The notes under the pieces are model-generated. The model was not told the DNA's origin, did not search any database, and saw nothing but the letters and a program-made list of their open reading frames with translations. Source: an uncultured Fibrobacteria bacterium (GTDB taxonomy: Bacteria; Fibrobacterota; Fibrobacteria; UBA11236). From it: a stretch of 64,000 nucleotides of DNA. Location of the stretch: positions 1,856,001-1,920,000 of the forward strand of contig OY970309.1 of NCBI GenBank assembly GCA_963716395.1. Direction: 5' to 3'. Below are positions 10,011 through 18,919 of the stretch, piece after piece (position 1 is the stretch's first letter; every line of letters starts with the position of its first letter). A program made the translations under genes and the position numbers.

Positions 10011-10943
10011 TTAAGTCAATATGTTTTCAAATTTCATAGTTGATGCAGGCGACGCGCCGTGCCCGTTTTCGAAGTGTCTTTTCCCCAATCTTCCCAACAA
10101 TCCATCCCAAGCACCGAAAACGGCTTGGCAAAAAAGTTGGGGCCGCCGAATAATTTTATAGAATGGCAGCATTATCAGAAAAAAAATGTAGAAGAATCGT
10201 TGCTTGGCATTTGCTCTACGCAGAATGATATAGGTTTGGTTTCGGATTCGATAATATTCCTTGGGTGTGTCTGATACCTTTACGGACGCGCTGAATTTAT
10301 GGCGGACGATTAGAGATGGACAATAACGGATATGGCCCCCGTCTTTCTTAAGCCGGAAACAAAAATCCGCGTCTTCCCAATACATAAATAGGTTCGCGTC
10401 GAAAAAACCGAGCCGGACAAATACCTCGCTGGGTACAACCATAAGGCATCCGGAAACGAAATTTATTTCCCCTTGGAAATCAGGATCGAAGATGTGCCGA
10501 ATCTGGCCGGTTAACGGAGAAATGGTTCCAATGTTGAAGGTGGGTTTTCCGGTTGCGAAATCCACAACCCGGCCGGCCAGCACTTCTCCGGGACGTTCTT
10601 TGACAAGCGTCCGAGCCTCCCGCGTAAAATTCTCGGCAACTACGCAGTCATTGTTGAGGATTAGGATATGGGAAATATTTTCGTTCACGGCGGCCCGTAT
10701 CCCCAGATTCACCGCACCGGCGAAACCTATGTTCCCCCCCGCGTCCATGTAAGCGGCATCCATTCCTGACTCGCGCAAATACCCGATAAGAAGCTCGGCC
10801 GATTCGTCAAGGGAAAAATTGTTTACAAGGAATATCTTGAATGATTCTAGACCTGCAGTCCGGAGAGATTGGAGGCATTCCAAAGTATCATATGGGTTAC
10901 GATAGTTCACGAGTATACATGCGACTTCGACCATTTGCATCAA
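10011..10943 (-). CDS. GT2 glycosyltransferase
   Basis: ILVNYRN, GFAGAVNLG, LNNDC, SGCLM and YWEDADFCFR motifs. Confidence 0.9.
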   Translation of the reverse strand: MMQMVEVACILVNYRNPYDTLECLQSLRTAGLESFKIFLVNNFSLDESAELLIGYLRESGMDAAYMDAGGNIGFAGAVNLGIRAAVNENISHILILNNDCVVAENFTREARTLVKERPGEVLAGRVVDFATGKPTFNIGTISPLTGQIRHIFDPDFQGEINFVSGCLMVVPSEVFVRLGFFDANLFMYWEDADFCFRLKKDGGHIRYCPSLIVRHKFSASVKVSDTPKEYYRIRNQTYIILRRANAKQRFFYIFFLIMLPFYKIIRRPQLFCQAVFGAWDGLLGRLGKRHFENGHGASPASTMKFENILT

Positions 10944-11137
10944 TCCCTATCCGGCGGATAGAAATGAGCATTCGGATGTAAGCGAACGCAAGAAAGAGGG
11001 TTTATTCGTCGCACAAGATGGGAAATGGAAAACAGTATAACTTACCACCAAGGAAAAATACAAAGTCCGGCCAACAATGGCGAATGGATGATTCTATTTC
11101 AATGAAAAGAAATGGGTTCGTTTTTATAATTAGTTCA

Positions 11138-12244
11138 ATGTTCAGAAAAAAAGAGAAGCCCATCTCAATTTGCTTGAACGCCTTAATGCTTCAAGACCAT
11201 CTCGGCGGAATCGGAACCTATGCCTATCAGTTGGCCTTAAATCTGACCAAGACGCATCCCGAGTGGAAAATTTCTCTTCTCGTCCATACCGGAGCCTCGG
11301 AATTGTTCCGCGATATTCCAGGATTGGATATTATTGAAATTGGAATTACTTCGCGGGTTGGACGGCTGCTTTTCCTCCATTTTATTTTTCCATTTCGTGC
11401 CACGCGTTTTTCCGTTTTCCATTCCGTCGGGAACATGGGACTCGATTTCAGTAATGCCAGGCAAGTCATTACCATCCATGATGCCTACGAGCATACTTCA
11501 CCCGAAAGGTTCGGACGCTTCAAAAGAACTTTGATGAAATGGCTTATTTCCCGGTCCGGTCGAAAAGCCAAGGCTATCATTACGGACTCTCAGAATTCCG
11601 CCAGGGATATAAAAAAATATTATCCTGAATTAGCCGGCAAAGTTTCCGTGGTTTACCTGGGAAACAAATTTCCCGTTGAAAATTGTGTTGAGGAAAAAAC
11701 CAGAGAAGGATTTATTTTCGTCGGTACCATAGAGCCGGGTAAAAACCTTGCCTTGGTGCTTGAGGCGTTTGCGTCCTACTTGCGAAGTCATACCGGGCGG
11801 CTCACCGTAATTGGAGCGATGGGATGGAAACAATCGACGCTCCCCGACAGGATACGAGCACTTGGAATTGCCGATCATGTGGAATTTCTCGGCTACATCA
11901 GCGATGACCAACTCAAAGATTTGTATTCGCGATCCCTTGCCTTAATTCAACCCTCAAATTACGAGGGTTTTGGCTTGCCGGTAATTGAAGCCATGGCTTG
12001 CGGCTGCCCGGTAATTGCTGCCAGGAATTCGGGACTGATCGAAGCCGGGGGTGAAAGCGCCATTTTTTTTGAAACCAATGACAAAGTAGGGCTTTTGGCA
12101 GGAATGATGGCTGTTAAAGAGGATTTGGCTTTGCGGGAGCGCTGTTTACGATCAGGATTCATCCATGCGGCCGGTTTTAGCTGGGAGAAAACAGCCACAC
12201 AAACTGCCGCCATTTACGACAAAATTATCGGTATAATCACCTGA
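11138..12244 (+). CDS. GT4 (GT-B) glycosyltransferase
   Basis: GGIGTY, TIHD, VGTIEPGKN and EGFGLPVIEAMACG motifs; start placed at ATG 11138, 7 nt after a perfect TATAAT. Confidence 0.9.
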   Translation: MFRKKEKPISICLNALMLQDHLGGIGTYAYQLALNLTKTHPEWKISLLVHTGASELFRDIPGLDIIEIGITSRVGRLLFLHFIFPFRATRFSVFHSVGNMGLDFSNARQVITIHDAYEHTSPERFGRFKRTLMKWLISRSGRKAKAIITDSQNSARDIKKYYPELAGKVSVVYLGNKFPVENCVEEKTREGFIFVGTIEPGKNLALVLEAFASYLRSHTGRLTVIGAMGWKQSTLPDRIRALGIADHVEFLGYISDDQLKDLYSRSLALIQPSNYEGFGLPVIEAMACGCPVIAARNSGLIEAGGESAIFFETNDKVGLLAGMMAVKEDLALRERCLRSGFIHAAGFSWEKTATQTAAIYDKIIGIIT

Positions 12245-12439
12245 GGTAAAACGGAATTTAACGCAAGGATTTCAGCATCGTGATCCGCTTCCGAGCAGGA
12301 TCAATACCCATTTTGGACAATTTTTCGCTTTTCGCGAATAATTCGTCTTGTTTCCTCGATCAAGGTACCTTACTTTTAACCCCCTGAAGATAAACTGCTT
12401 AGGTAGATTGACAAGAAGGCAAATTTGGAGGCCGGCAAG

Positions 12440-14050
12440 ATGAAGGTTTTGTTTCTAAACCCCCCATATTTCCCGATGTTTTCTCGGGAATCACGCAGCC
12501 CCTGCGTGACCAAATCCAGCACCTTGTACTGGCCCATGTTCATGTGTTATGCCGCCGGCTGCGTTGAGGCGGATGGAAATGAAATCATGGTGATCGATGC
12601 GCCGGCTATGGATTTGGACCTGGAAAAAACCCTGGAAAGGGTCAAAGGGTTCAAGCCCGAGTTGGCGGTTTTGAATACGTCAACCCCCTCGATTAACAAT
12701 GACATGCGAGTCGGACGGGTTCTTAAGGAGTCCCTGGGATGCTCCATTGCCATGATGGGTACACACGCAACCGCGGAACCTGTTGAAATATTGGAACGTG
12801 AAGAGGCCATAGATTTCGTTATTTCCGGCGAAGCCGATTATACCGCCCGAGAACTCGTGCGGCATTTACGGGGCGATGGGCCGAATGAGTCCCAGGAAAT
12901 TCAAGGAATTTCCTGGCGGAATGGCCCCGAGCTGGTAAAGAACTCCGAACGCCATAAAATCGACGATCTCGATTCCCTTCCTTGGGTCAGCAAGGTTTAT
13001 CACAAACATCTTTTCTCCTGCTATAAACGATATTTTTATGGGGCCAACATTAACCCTCTCATCGTGATTCTGTCCGGAAGAGGTTGCCCTTTTCGCTGTA
13101 CATATTGTGTGATTCCGCAAACCATGACTGGCCACACTTACCGCAAGCGCAGTATCAAAGACGTGGTGGACGAAATGGCCTTTATCAAGGAATCGTTTCC
13201 GGATTTGGGCGAAATCTTTTTTGAAGACGATACTTTTACCGCGCACCCCACTCGGACGATGGATTTGTGCAAGGAGGTTATCGCTCGGGGGCTGAAGGTA
13301 ACCTGGTCGGCGAATGCCCGCGCGGACGTGAAGTTTGAAGTCCTGGACCTGATGAAAAAGGCGGGGTGTCGTGAGCTATGCGTGGGATTCGAGTCCAGTT
13401 CGGGCGACGTTCTGAAGAACGTGAAAAAAGGGTTGGCCCTGGGAATGGCGGAAAAGTTCATGGGCGCATCGAACAAGGCGGGAATTCTCATCCACGGCTG
13501 TTTCATGGTCGGTAACTTGGGTGATACGAAGGAAACTTTGCAGAATACCCTTGAATTCGCAAAGAAGTTGAATCCGAATACCGCACAATTTTATCCCATC
13601 ATGGCTTATCCGGGAACCACCGCCTATGACGAAGCCAAAGGCCGGGGGGAATTGGCCAGCACCGATTATGACCACTGGCTGGATAAAGACGGCCAGCACA
13701 ATACCACGGTGATTCGCAAGGGATTGACTTCTCAGGATTTGGTTGATTTTTGCGACCGCGCGCGCCGGGAATTTTATTTGCGGTCCGGATACATTTTTAC
13801 CCAAGCGAAGATGGCTTTAACCAATAGCCGGGAACGTTATCGCATTTTTCGGGGAGCCGGCACGCTTTTCAAACATTTATTCAAAAAACATGGGGGGGCG
13901 CAGCAAGCCAGCGGCTATGCCGCTTCCGTCGGATCCTTGAAACCGATGCTTGCGCCGAAGCCCTTATCCTCCCATGCCCCCAATGAATCGATCGATCGTC
14001 ATGCTGCCGTCGAAAAAGAAAAATCCTTTTCCGGCGCTGTAAAAGTTTAA
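12440..14050 (+). CDS. Cobalamin-binding radical SAM enzyme (class B methyltransferase/HpnJ-like)
   Basis: KVLFLNPP start, B12-binding N-domain, GRGCPFRCTYC (CxxxCxxC), FEDDTF and GFES motifs. Confidence 0.9.
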   Translation: MKVLFLNPPYFPMFSRESRSPCVTKSSTLYWPMFMCYAAGCVEADGNEIMVIDAPAMDLDLEKTLERVKGFKPELAVLNTSTPSINNDMRVGRVLKESLGCSIAMMGTHATAEPVEILEREEAIDFVISGEADYTARELVRHLRGDGPNESQEIQGISWRNGPELVKNSERHKIDDLDSLPWVSKVYHKHLFSCYKRYFYGANINPLIVILSGRGCPFRCTYCVIPQTMTGHTYRKRSIKDVVDEMAFIKESFPDLGEIFFEDDTFTAHPTRTMDLCKEVIARGLKVTWSANARADVKFEVLDLMKKAGCRELCVGFESSSGDVLKNVKKGLALGMAEKFMGASNKAGILIHGCFMVGNLGDTKETLQNTLEFAKKLNPNTAQFYPIMAYPGTTAYDEAKGRGELASTDYDHWLDKDGQHNTTVIRKGLTSQDLVDFCDRARREFYLRSGYIFTQAKMALTNSRERYRIFRGAGTLFKHLFKKHGGAQQASGYAASVGSLKPMLAPKPLSSHAPNESIDRHAAVEKEKSFSGAVKV

Positions 14051-14110
14051 ACTCTCGGGATTGGGCCAACTTCCGATCGGTTGTTTCCGTCTGGAAAAGA
14101 CTATAACTGA

Positions 14111-14890
14111 TTGGAGGTTTCTGGTTGCTTGATGGAAGCCGGCGCCGCTGAAATTATTCTGAAATCTTATGGCCTCGTTCCCATGACCTGGGAACAGGTT
14201 TTGTCCGAAACTCGCGAAAAACTAGCGCCAAGTGCTTGGCGGGAATTCCAAAAAAGGCAGGACATTTTCGTTCGCTATGGAAGCGAAGAAAATCTGGCGC
14301 GCTATTACGGTTTTGTTTATAAGCATGGTTTGCAAGGCTTGTTGGCTTGTTATCGATTCCATCGCATCCGATCCATCCTGTGCGATCTTGCCGCGAACCT
14401 GAAACCCGAACTACGGATACTGGATGTGGGCGCCGGGGCGGGTTATTTGGCGAGCATCATCACGGATCGATTTCATCCCCGTTCCTACGTGGTTCAAGAT
14501 ATTGTCCCGGAAATTAGAGATTACTTGGCGCGGAAAAAATTTGCCGTGCTTCCGCATCCGCCCCCCAAGAATCCGCCGGGTCAATTCGATTTAATCCTTT
14601 GCGTGGATAGCTTGGGAGAGTTGAATTCGGATGACAATGATGACCTCGAAGTTGCATTGGACTCCCAATCAAGGCGGGTGCCTGAATTGCTTGAAGATCA
14701 TTATGGTTTTGCCCACAAACTTGAAACCTGGAAGGCCTATCTTGCCCCCGATGGAAAAATTTTGATCTGGGAACCATTTTCCCGTCAAGCGGTTTGGAAT
14801 GCGTTGGCGCCTTTACTCCAAACGAAAGGATGGAAGGCGACGCCTTGCGGTTCGGATTCCGAAGTCCGGTACCTTAAGTTGGTTCAATAA
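14111..14890 (+). CDS. Class I SAM-dependent methyltransferase
   Basis: ILDVGAGAG motif I, FDLILC, LAPDGKILI; true start may be ATG 14132. Confidence 0.8.
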   Translation: MEVSGCLMEAGAAEIILKSYGLVPMTWEQVLSETREKLAPSAWREFQKRQDIFVRYGSEENLARYYGFVYKHGLQGLLACYRFHRIRSILCDLAANLKPELRILDVGAGAGYLASIITDRFHPRSYVVQDIVPEIRDYLARKKFAVLPHPPPKNPPGQFDLILCVDSLGELNSDDNDDLEVALDSQSRRVPELLEDHYGFAHKLETWKAYLAPDGKILIWEPFSRQAVWNALAPLLQTKGWKATPCGSDSEVRYLKLVQ

Positions 14891-14931
14891 TTGGAATGCG
14901 CGAGTTCTCTAACCCGACGATTTTGCAGTGC

Positions 14932-15402
14932 TCACCCCAACCCCTCCCGGATCTTCTCCAAGTGCCGCAGCAGCGACCGAATCGTTTTCGTATCGAGGCA
15001 CCCCAGTTGGTCCAGGTGTAACTCGACCAGCGGTTGATCCAAGGTTTCGAGTAAGGCCAGACCTTTGGCCGTAATTTGGGCCGAGACCACCCGGCGGTCT
15101 TTCGCAGCGCGTCGGCGCGCCACCAGCCGCCGATGCTCCAGGCGGTCGAGCAGGCGGGTGATGTCGGGGTCGCGGGTGACCATGCGGATGCCGATTTCTC
15201 CGCAGGGGAGACCTTCGGGTCGGGCGCCGCGCAGAATGCGCAACACGTTGTATTGTGCCGGCGATAGTCCATGCGTCTTGAGCAGGGCACCGGGCTTGCG
15301 ATTCAGCAAATCCGATGTGCGTAGCAAGCTGATGAACAGCTCTTCTTCGGCATGCGCAAAGGGCTTGCGCTGCTTGATCTCCCTGAGCAGACTTGGGGGC
15401 AT
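14932..15402 (-). CDS. MarR-family transcriptional regulator
   Basis: LSPAQYNVLRILRG, DITRLLDRLE and DRRVV...IT.KG motifs; start MPPSLL follows the predicted promoter. Confidence 0.92.
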   Translation of the reverse strand: MPPSLLREIKQRKPFAHAEEELFISLLRTSDLLNRKPGALLKTHGLSPAQYNVLRILRGARPEGLPCGEIGIRMVTRDPDITRLLDRLEHRRLVARRRAAKDRRVVSAQITAKGLALLETLDQPLVELHLDQLGCLDTKTIRSLLRHLEKIREGLG

Positions 15403-15437
15403 GAGGGCATTGTACTTGTTCCTTCCGGGGGCCTCAA
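15403..15437 (-). promoter_or_regulatory. Sigma70-type promoter of marR, probably leaderless
   Basis: TTGAGG-17 nt-TACAAT-6 nt-ATG with no SD sequence. Confidence 0.6.
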
Positions 15438-15759
15438 GTCGTGGCGACCCAAAAGCGCCGGATTTTTGGAACGAAACTGCCTCGTCCCGCAGCCGCGCGT
15501 CCATTCGGTGGCTCTAAACTCGCGCCGAACGGTGAGCTTCGGGGCGTCACGAATGGGACACCCGTCACGTCAAGAGAGTGTGGATTGGGCGGGCGATGGG
15601 AGCGGGCCGGCGGATCGTTCAAGCAGATTGGTTTGCCGCCGGGAATGTGGACTCTGTGAGGCCCCGCGATTTACAAAATCTGCTGGTAATTCTGAATTCG
15701 AGGGTCGTTTTCTCCCTGACAAAGCCGACTTGCCAAGACGAGCGGCGCAATGTTACATA

Positions 15760-15787
15760 GGAAACTCTTAAAACGCGTTGAGTTTCC
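15760..15787. promoter_or_regulatory. Candidate TetR operator
   Basis: Perfect inverted repeat GGAAACTC-N12-GAGTTTCC abutting the tetR ATG. Confidence 0.6.
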
Positions 15788-16465
15788 ATGGTATCCGCCC
15801 TTCGTCTGCCCGCCTCCCGGTTGCGTCCCGCTCCGGGATCTTTACAGCGTCCAGCTCGGCCGCCGGCCGAAATGCGCCGCCGCATCCTGTCCGTGGCGCG
15901 GGATCAATACACGCGGTTGGGGTTCAGCGCCGTGACCATGGATGAAACCGCTGCGGCCGCAGGCGTCAGCAAAAAGACCCTCTACCGGCATTTTTCCAGC
16001 AAAGAAGATTTGCTGGTGGCCGTGACGCATGACCACGTCGAAAAAGTGCATGCGGATTTGTGCGCAATTTACCGCGATACCGGGCGCACCCCCCTGCAGC
16101 GGCTGCGGGGAATGATGGATTATCTCGCCGGCATGTACTCTGAATTGAGCGTGTCTCTGGTGCATGATATGCGGCGTTGTGCGCCCGAGTGCTGGCGCGA
16201 AGTTGAAACCAACCGGAAACGCAATATCGAAGGGGATTTTTCCACTTTGCTGCGTGAAGGGCGCGCCAAGGGGTATTTCCGCAAAGAAATCGATCCGCGG
16301 ATTTTTCTATTGATTTATGCCGAAGTCGCCAAGCACGTGCTCAACCCTGAAGTGTTCACCCGGCTGGGCATCGCGCCGGACCGGTTGTTCTCGGCCGTGT
16401 GCAAGGTGTTGTTCGAAGGCATTCTCACCGACGCCGCCCGCAAGGAATATCATGACGCGCCGTAA
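15788..16465 (+). CDS. TetR/AcrR-family regulator
   Basis: GFSAVTMDETAAAAGVSKKTLYRHFSSKEDL HTH; stop overlaps the TolC start. Confidence 0.95.
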   Translation: MVSALRLPASRLRPAPGSLQRPARPPAEMRRRILSVARDQYTRLGFSAVTMDETAAAAGVSKKTLYRHFSSKEDLLVAVTHDHVEKVHADLCAIYRDTGRTPLQRLRGMMDYLAGMYSELSVSLVHDMRRCAPECWREVETNRKRNIEGDFSTLLREGRAKGYFRKEIDPRIFLLIYAEVAKHVLNPEVFTRLGIAPDRLFSAVCKVLFEGILTDAARKEYHDAP

Positions 16466-17840
16466 TTTTCCGAGTTTGCGAAAGTGGGTCCCCGGCTTGA
16501 TCCTCGGATTCGCTGGCTTCGCTACGTCCTGGGCGGAAGACGGGCTGACCCTGCATGACGCCATGAAAGCCGCTCTGCAAAACAGCGAAGAAGCGCAATT
16601 GCTGACTCAGAAAGTCGCCAAACTTGAAGCCCAGAAAGGCGAACTTCTGGCCGGGATCTTGCCCAATGTGCAGGCCTTTGCCAATGTGGGCCGCGGGGCG
16701 CAACCGACGCCGACCGCGGAGTTTTCCTCTTTCTTTCCGGCCGGAAGCGATACCTCCACTTTTAAGCTTCCACCGGCCATCGACGTGGCCTTGAACAATT
16801 ACAGCTATGGCGTGCAGGTCACGCAGCCGATTTATTCCTTCGGGCGTTTGGGCTTGGCCTATCGGGTGGCTTCGAAAGAAGTCCGCTCGCAAGACCAGGC
16901 CAACAAAAGTTCTCGGCAGCAAATCGAACTGCAAACCCTGGACGCCTTCTACGCCGTGCTGACCACCGCATCGCGCCTGTCGGTGATCAGCGCTTCGGAA
17001 AGGCGGCAAAGCCAGACCGTGGGATTTTTGAATTCCAATTTTGAAATGGGCTCGGGAACGCGCAGCACCGTGCTGTTAGCCACCTCGGCGCTCAAGGCTT
17101 TGGAGCCCCAGCGTATTCGCGCCGAAAGCGACTTCGAAGCCGCGCGCATGCGCCTCAACCGCCTGCTGGGCCGGCCGGTAGATTCTCCTTTATCGCTCGA
17201 TTCCAATGTCGATGTAGAACTGCAAGCTCCGGCCGTCGATACGTCGGAATCAGGCCTCACTTCGATTCTCGATCAACGGCCCGACCTCACCGCCATGCAT
17301 TTGCAGAAAGAAGCCTTGCGGGGATATGCCCGCGGTTACCGCATGCAATACCTGCCCAGTCTTGGCGCCCAGGCTAAATGGGGCATCATGGCCTTTGAAC
17401 CCGACCATCAACTGGTCGATTTCAATAATAATGCAAACTGGCAAGTCGGGTTGGGACTGCAATGGACGTTGTTCGACGGATTTTCCAACAGTTCCAAGGC
17501 GCATGAATACGACGCGGACGCCCGCAGCATGGAGCTCAACGAACGGCAAGCGCGGGCCAATGCCCGCATTGAAATCGAAACCGCCGCGCGCGACGTGGCC
17601 GCAGCCGACACCGCTTATACGGCAGCCTTGCAGGCGCGCGATGCCGCGGCCGAAGCCGATAGTTTGATCTCCGACGATTTTCGCGCCGGTCAAGGCCAGG
17701 TCACCGACCTGCTTTCGGCCGAAGAAGGCTTGCGCAATGCCGAATTCGGTCTGCTCTCGGCGCGCTATCAGAAGACGCGGGCGCGGGCCGCCCTGCGGGT
17801 GGCCTTGGGCCAGGGTTTGATGGAGGAGGATTCCCAGTGA
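16452..17840 (+). CDS. TolC-family outer-membrane efflux protein
   Basis: Signal peptide, VTQPIYSFG and LQWTLFDGF outer-membrane-factor repeats. Confidence 0.9.
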   Translation: MTRRNFPSLRKWVPGLILGFAGFATSWAEDGLTLHDAMKAALQNSEEAQLLTQKVAKLEAQKGELLAGILPNVQAFANVGRGAQPTPTAEFSSFFPAGSDTSTFKLPPAIDVALNNYSYGVQVTQPIYSFGRLGLAYRVASKEVRSQDQANKSSRQQIELQTLDAFYAVLTTASRLSVISASERRQSQTVGFLNSNFEMGSGTRSTVLLATSALKALEPQRIRAESDFEAARMRLNRLLGRPVDSPLSLDSNVDVELQAPAVDTSESGLTSILDQRPDLTAMHLQKEALRGYARGYRMQYLPSLGAQAKWGIMAFEPDHQLVDFNNNANWQVGLGLQWTLFDGFSNSSKAHEYDADARSMELNERQARANARIEIETAARDVAAADTAYTAALQARDAAAEADSLISDDFRAGQGQVTDLLSAEEGLRNAEFGLLSARYQKTRARAALRVALGQGLMEEDSQ

Positions 17841-18919
17841 AGATTGCAAATGGCGAAATTCGGACTCTAGCGATTAAAGTGAAAATGGCGCTTCTCCTCC
17901 TGGCCATCGCGGCATTGCTGGCGGCGTGCAACAAGAAAAAGTCAAACGACGAAGATGCGCAACGCGTGTCGGCCGACACCACCAACGCCATCCGGGTGGT
18001 GACCGCCGTGGTGGAACCCCGGCCCTTCGAAGACTGGGGCTTGTACTCCGCCGACTTGCGCGGCCTCGACGATGCCGTGCTCACGGCTCCGGCTCCAGGC
18101 GGCGGGCGGGTGAATACGGTGGCTACCGTGGGTAAGACCGTGGCCAAAGGTCAGTCGTTGTGCAATATCGACAGCGATAAATACGGCGCCATGCTGGCGC
18201 AGGCCAAAGCTGCGCTCGATTATGCCCAGGGAGAACTCGATCGCACCAAAAGCAACATCGACAAGGGTTATGTCGGCAAAGCCGTGCTCGATAAAAGCAA
18301 TCTCGATTATCAAAGCGCCCGGGTCGCCTACTTACAGGCCGTACGCGCCTACCAGGATAGCCGCTGCCAGGCGCCGTTTTCGGGTGTGCTGGTCAGCCGT
18401 TTTGTGGAGCAATTCCAAAGCGTTCCGCCCGGCGCGCCCACCGTGCGTGTGGCCGGCATCCGGCGGCTCGAAGTCGACGTCTCCATTCCCGAAAGCGACG
18501 CCTTCGACTACCGTGAAGGGCAGAAGGCCGAATTCCAGGTGTTGCAATCCGGCATCAAGCCGGTGGAAGGGCACATCCGCAGTCTGGATCGGGCCGTGGA
18601 AGACCGCGATCGCACGGTGACGGCGCGTATCGAGATTCCGAATCCGGGCAAGGCGTTGAAGCCCGGCATGATCGGCAAGGCGCATATTCTCCGCCACCGC
18701 TATGAGAAAGCGCTGGTGGTTTCATCGCAGGCCGTGCTGCGTCTGCAAGAAGGCACCGTCATCATGCGCGTGGTCGACGGCCGTGCGCAAAAGGCCGCGG
18801 TCACCTTGGGCGCCACGGCCGGTGATTCGGTCATGGTCGATGCGGGCCTTTCGGCCGGCGACCGCATCATTACCGTGGGGGCTTTCCAGGTATCCGACGG
18901 AACCAAGGTGGAATTCTGA
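17837..18919 (+). CDS. RND efflux periplasmic adaptor (MFP), lipoprotein
   Basis: LAAC lipobox, APFSGV and LKPGM motifs. Confidence 0.92.
   Translation: MKIANGEIRTLAIKVKMALLLLAIAALLAACNKKKSNDEDAQRVSADTTNAIRVVTAVVEPRPFEDWGLYSADLRGLDDAVLTAPAPGGGRVNTVATVGKTVAKGQSLCNIDSDKYGAMLAQAKAALDYAQGELDRTKSNIDKGYVGKAVLDKSNLDYQSARVAYLQAVRAYQDSRCQAPFSGVLVSRFVEQFQSVPPGAPTVRVAGIRRLEVDVSIPESDAFDYREGQKAEFQVLQSGIKPVEGHIRSLDRAVEDRDRTVTARIEIPNPGKALKPGMIGKAHILRHRYEKALVVSSQAVLRLQEGTVIMRVVDGRAQKAAVTLGATAGDSVMVDAGLSAGDRIITVGAFQVSDGTKVEF

Noticed and set aside
434-14890. Integron cassette array or invertible shufflon as the cause of strand switching
   Set aside because: No repeated attC-like or inversion sites found in the intergenic gaps and no recombinase in the window
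15440-15750. Possible ncRNA or small ORFs between marR and tetR
   Set aside because: No recognisable riboswitch, tRNA fold or coding signature; likely divergent promoter DNA
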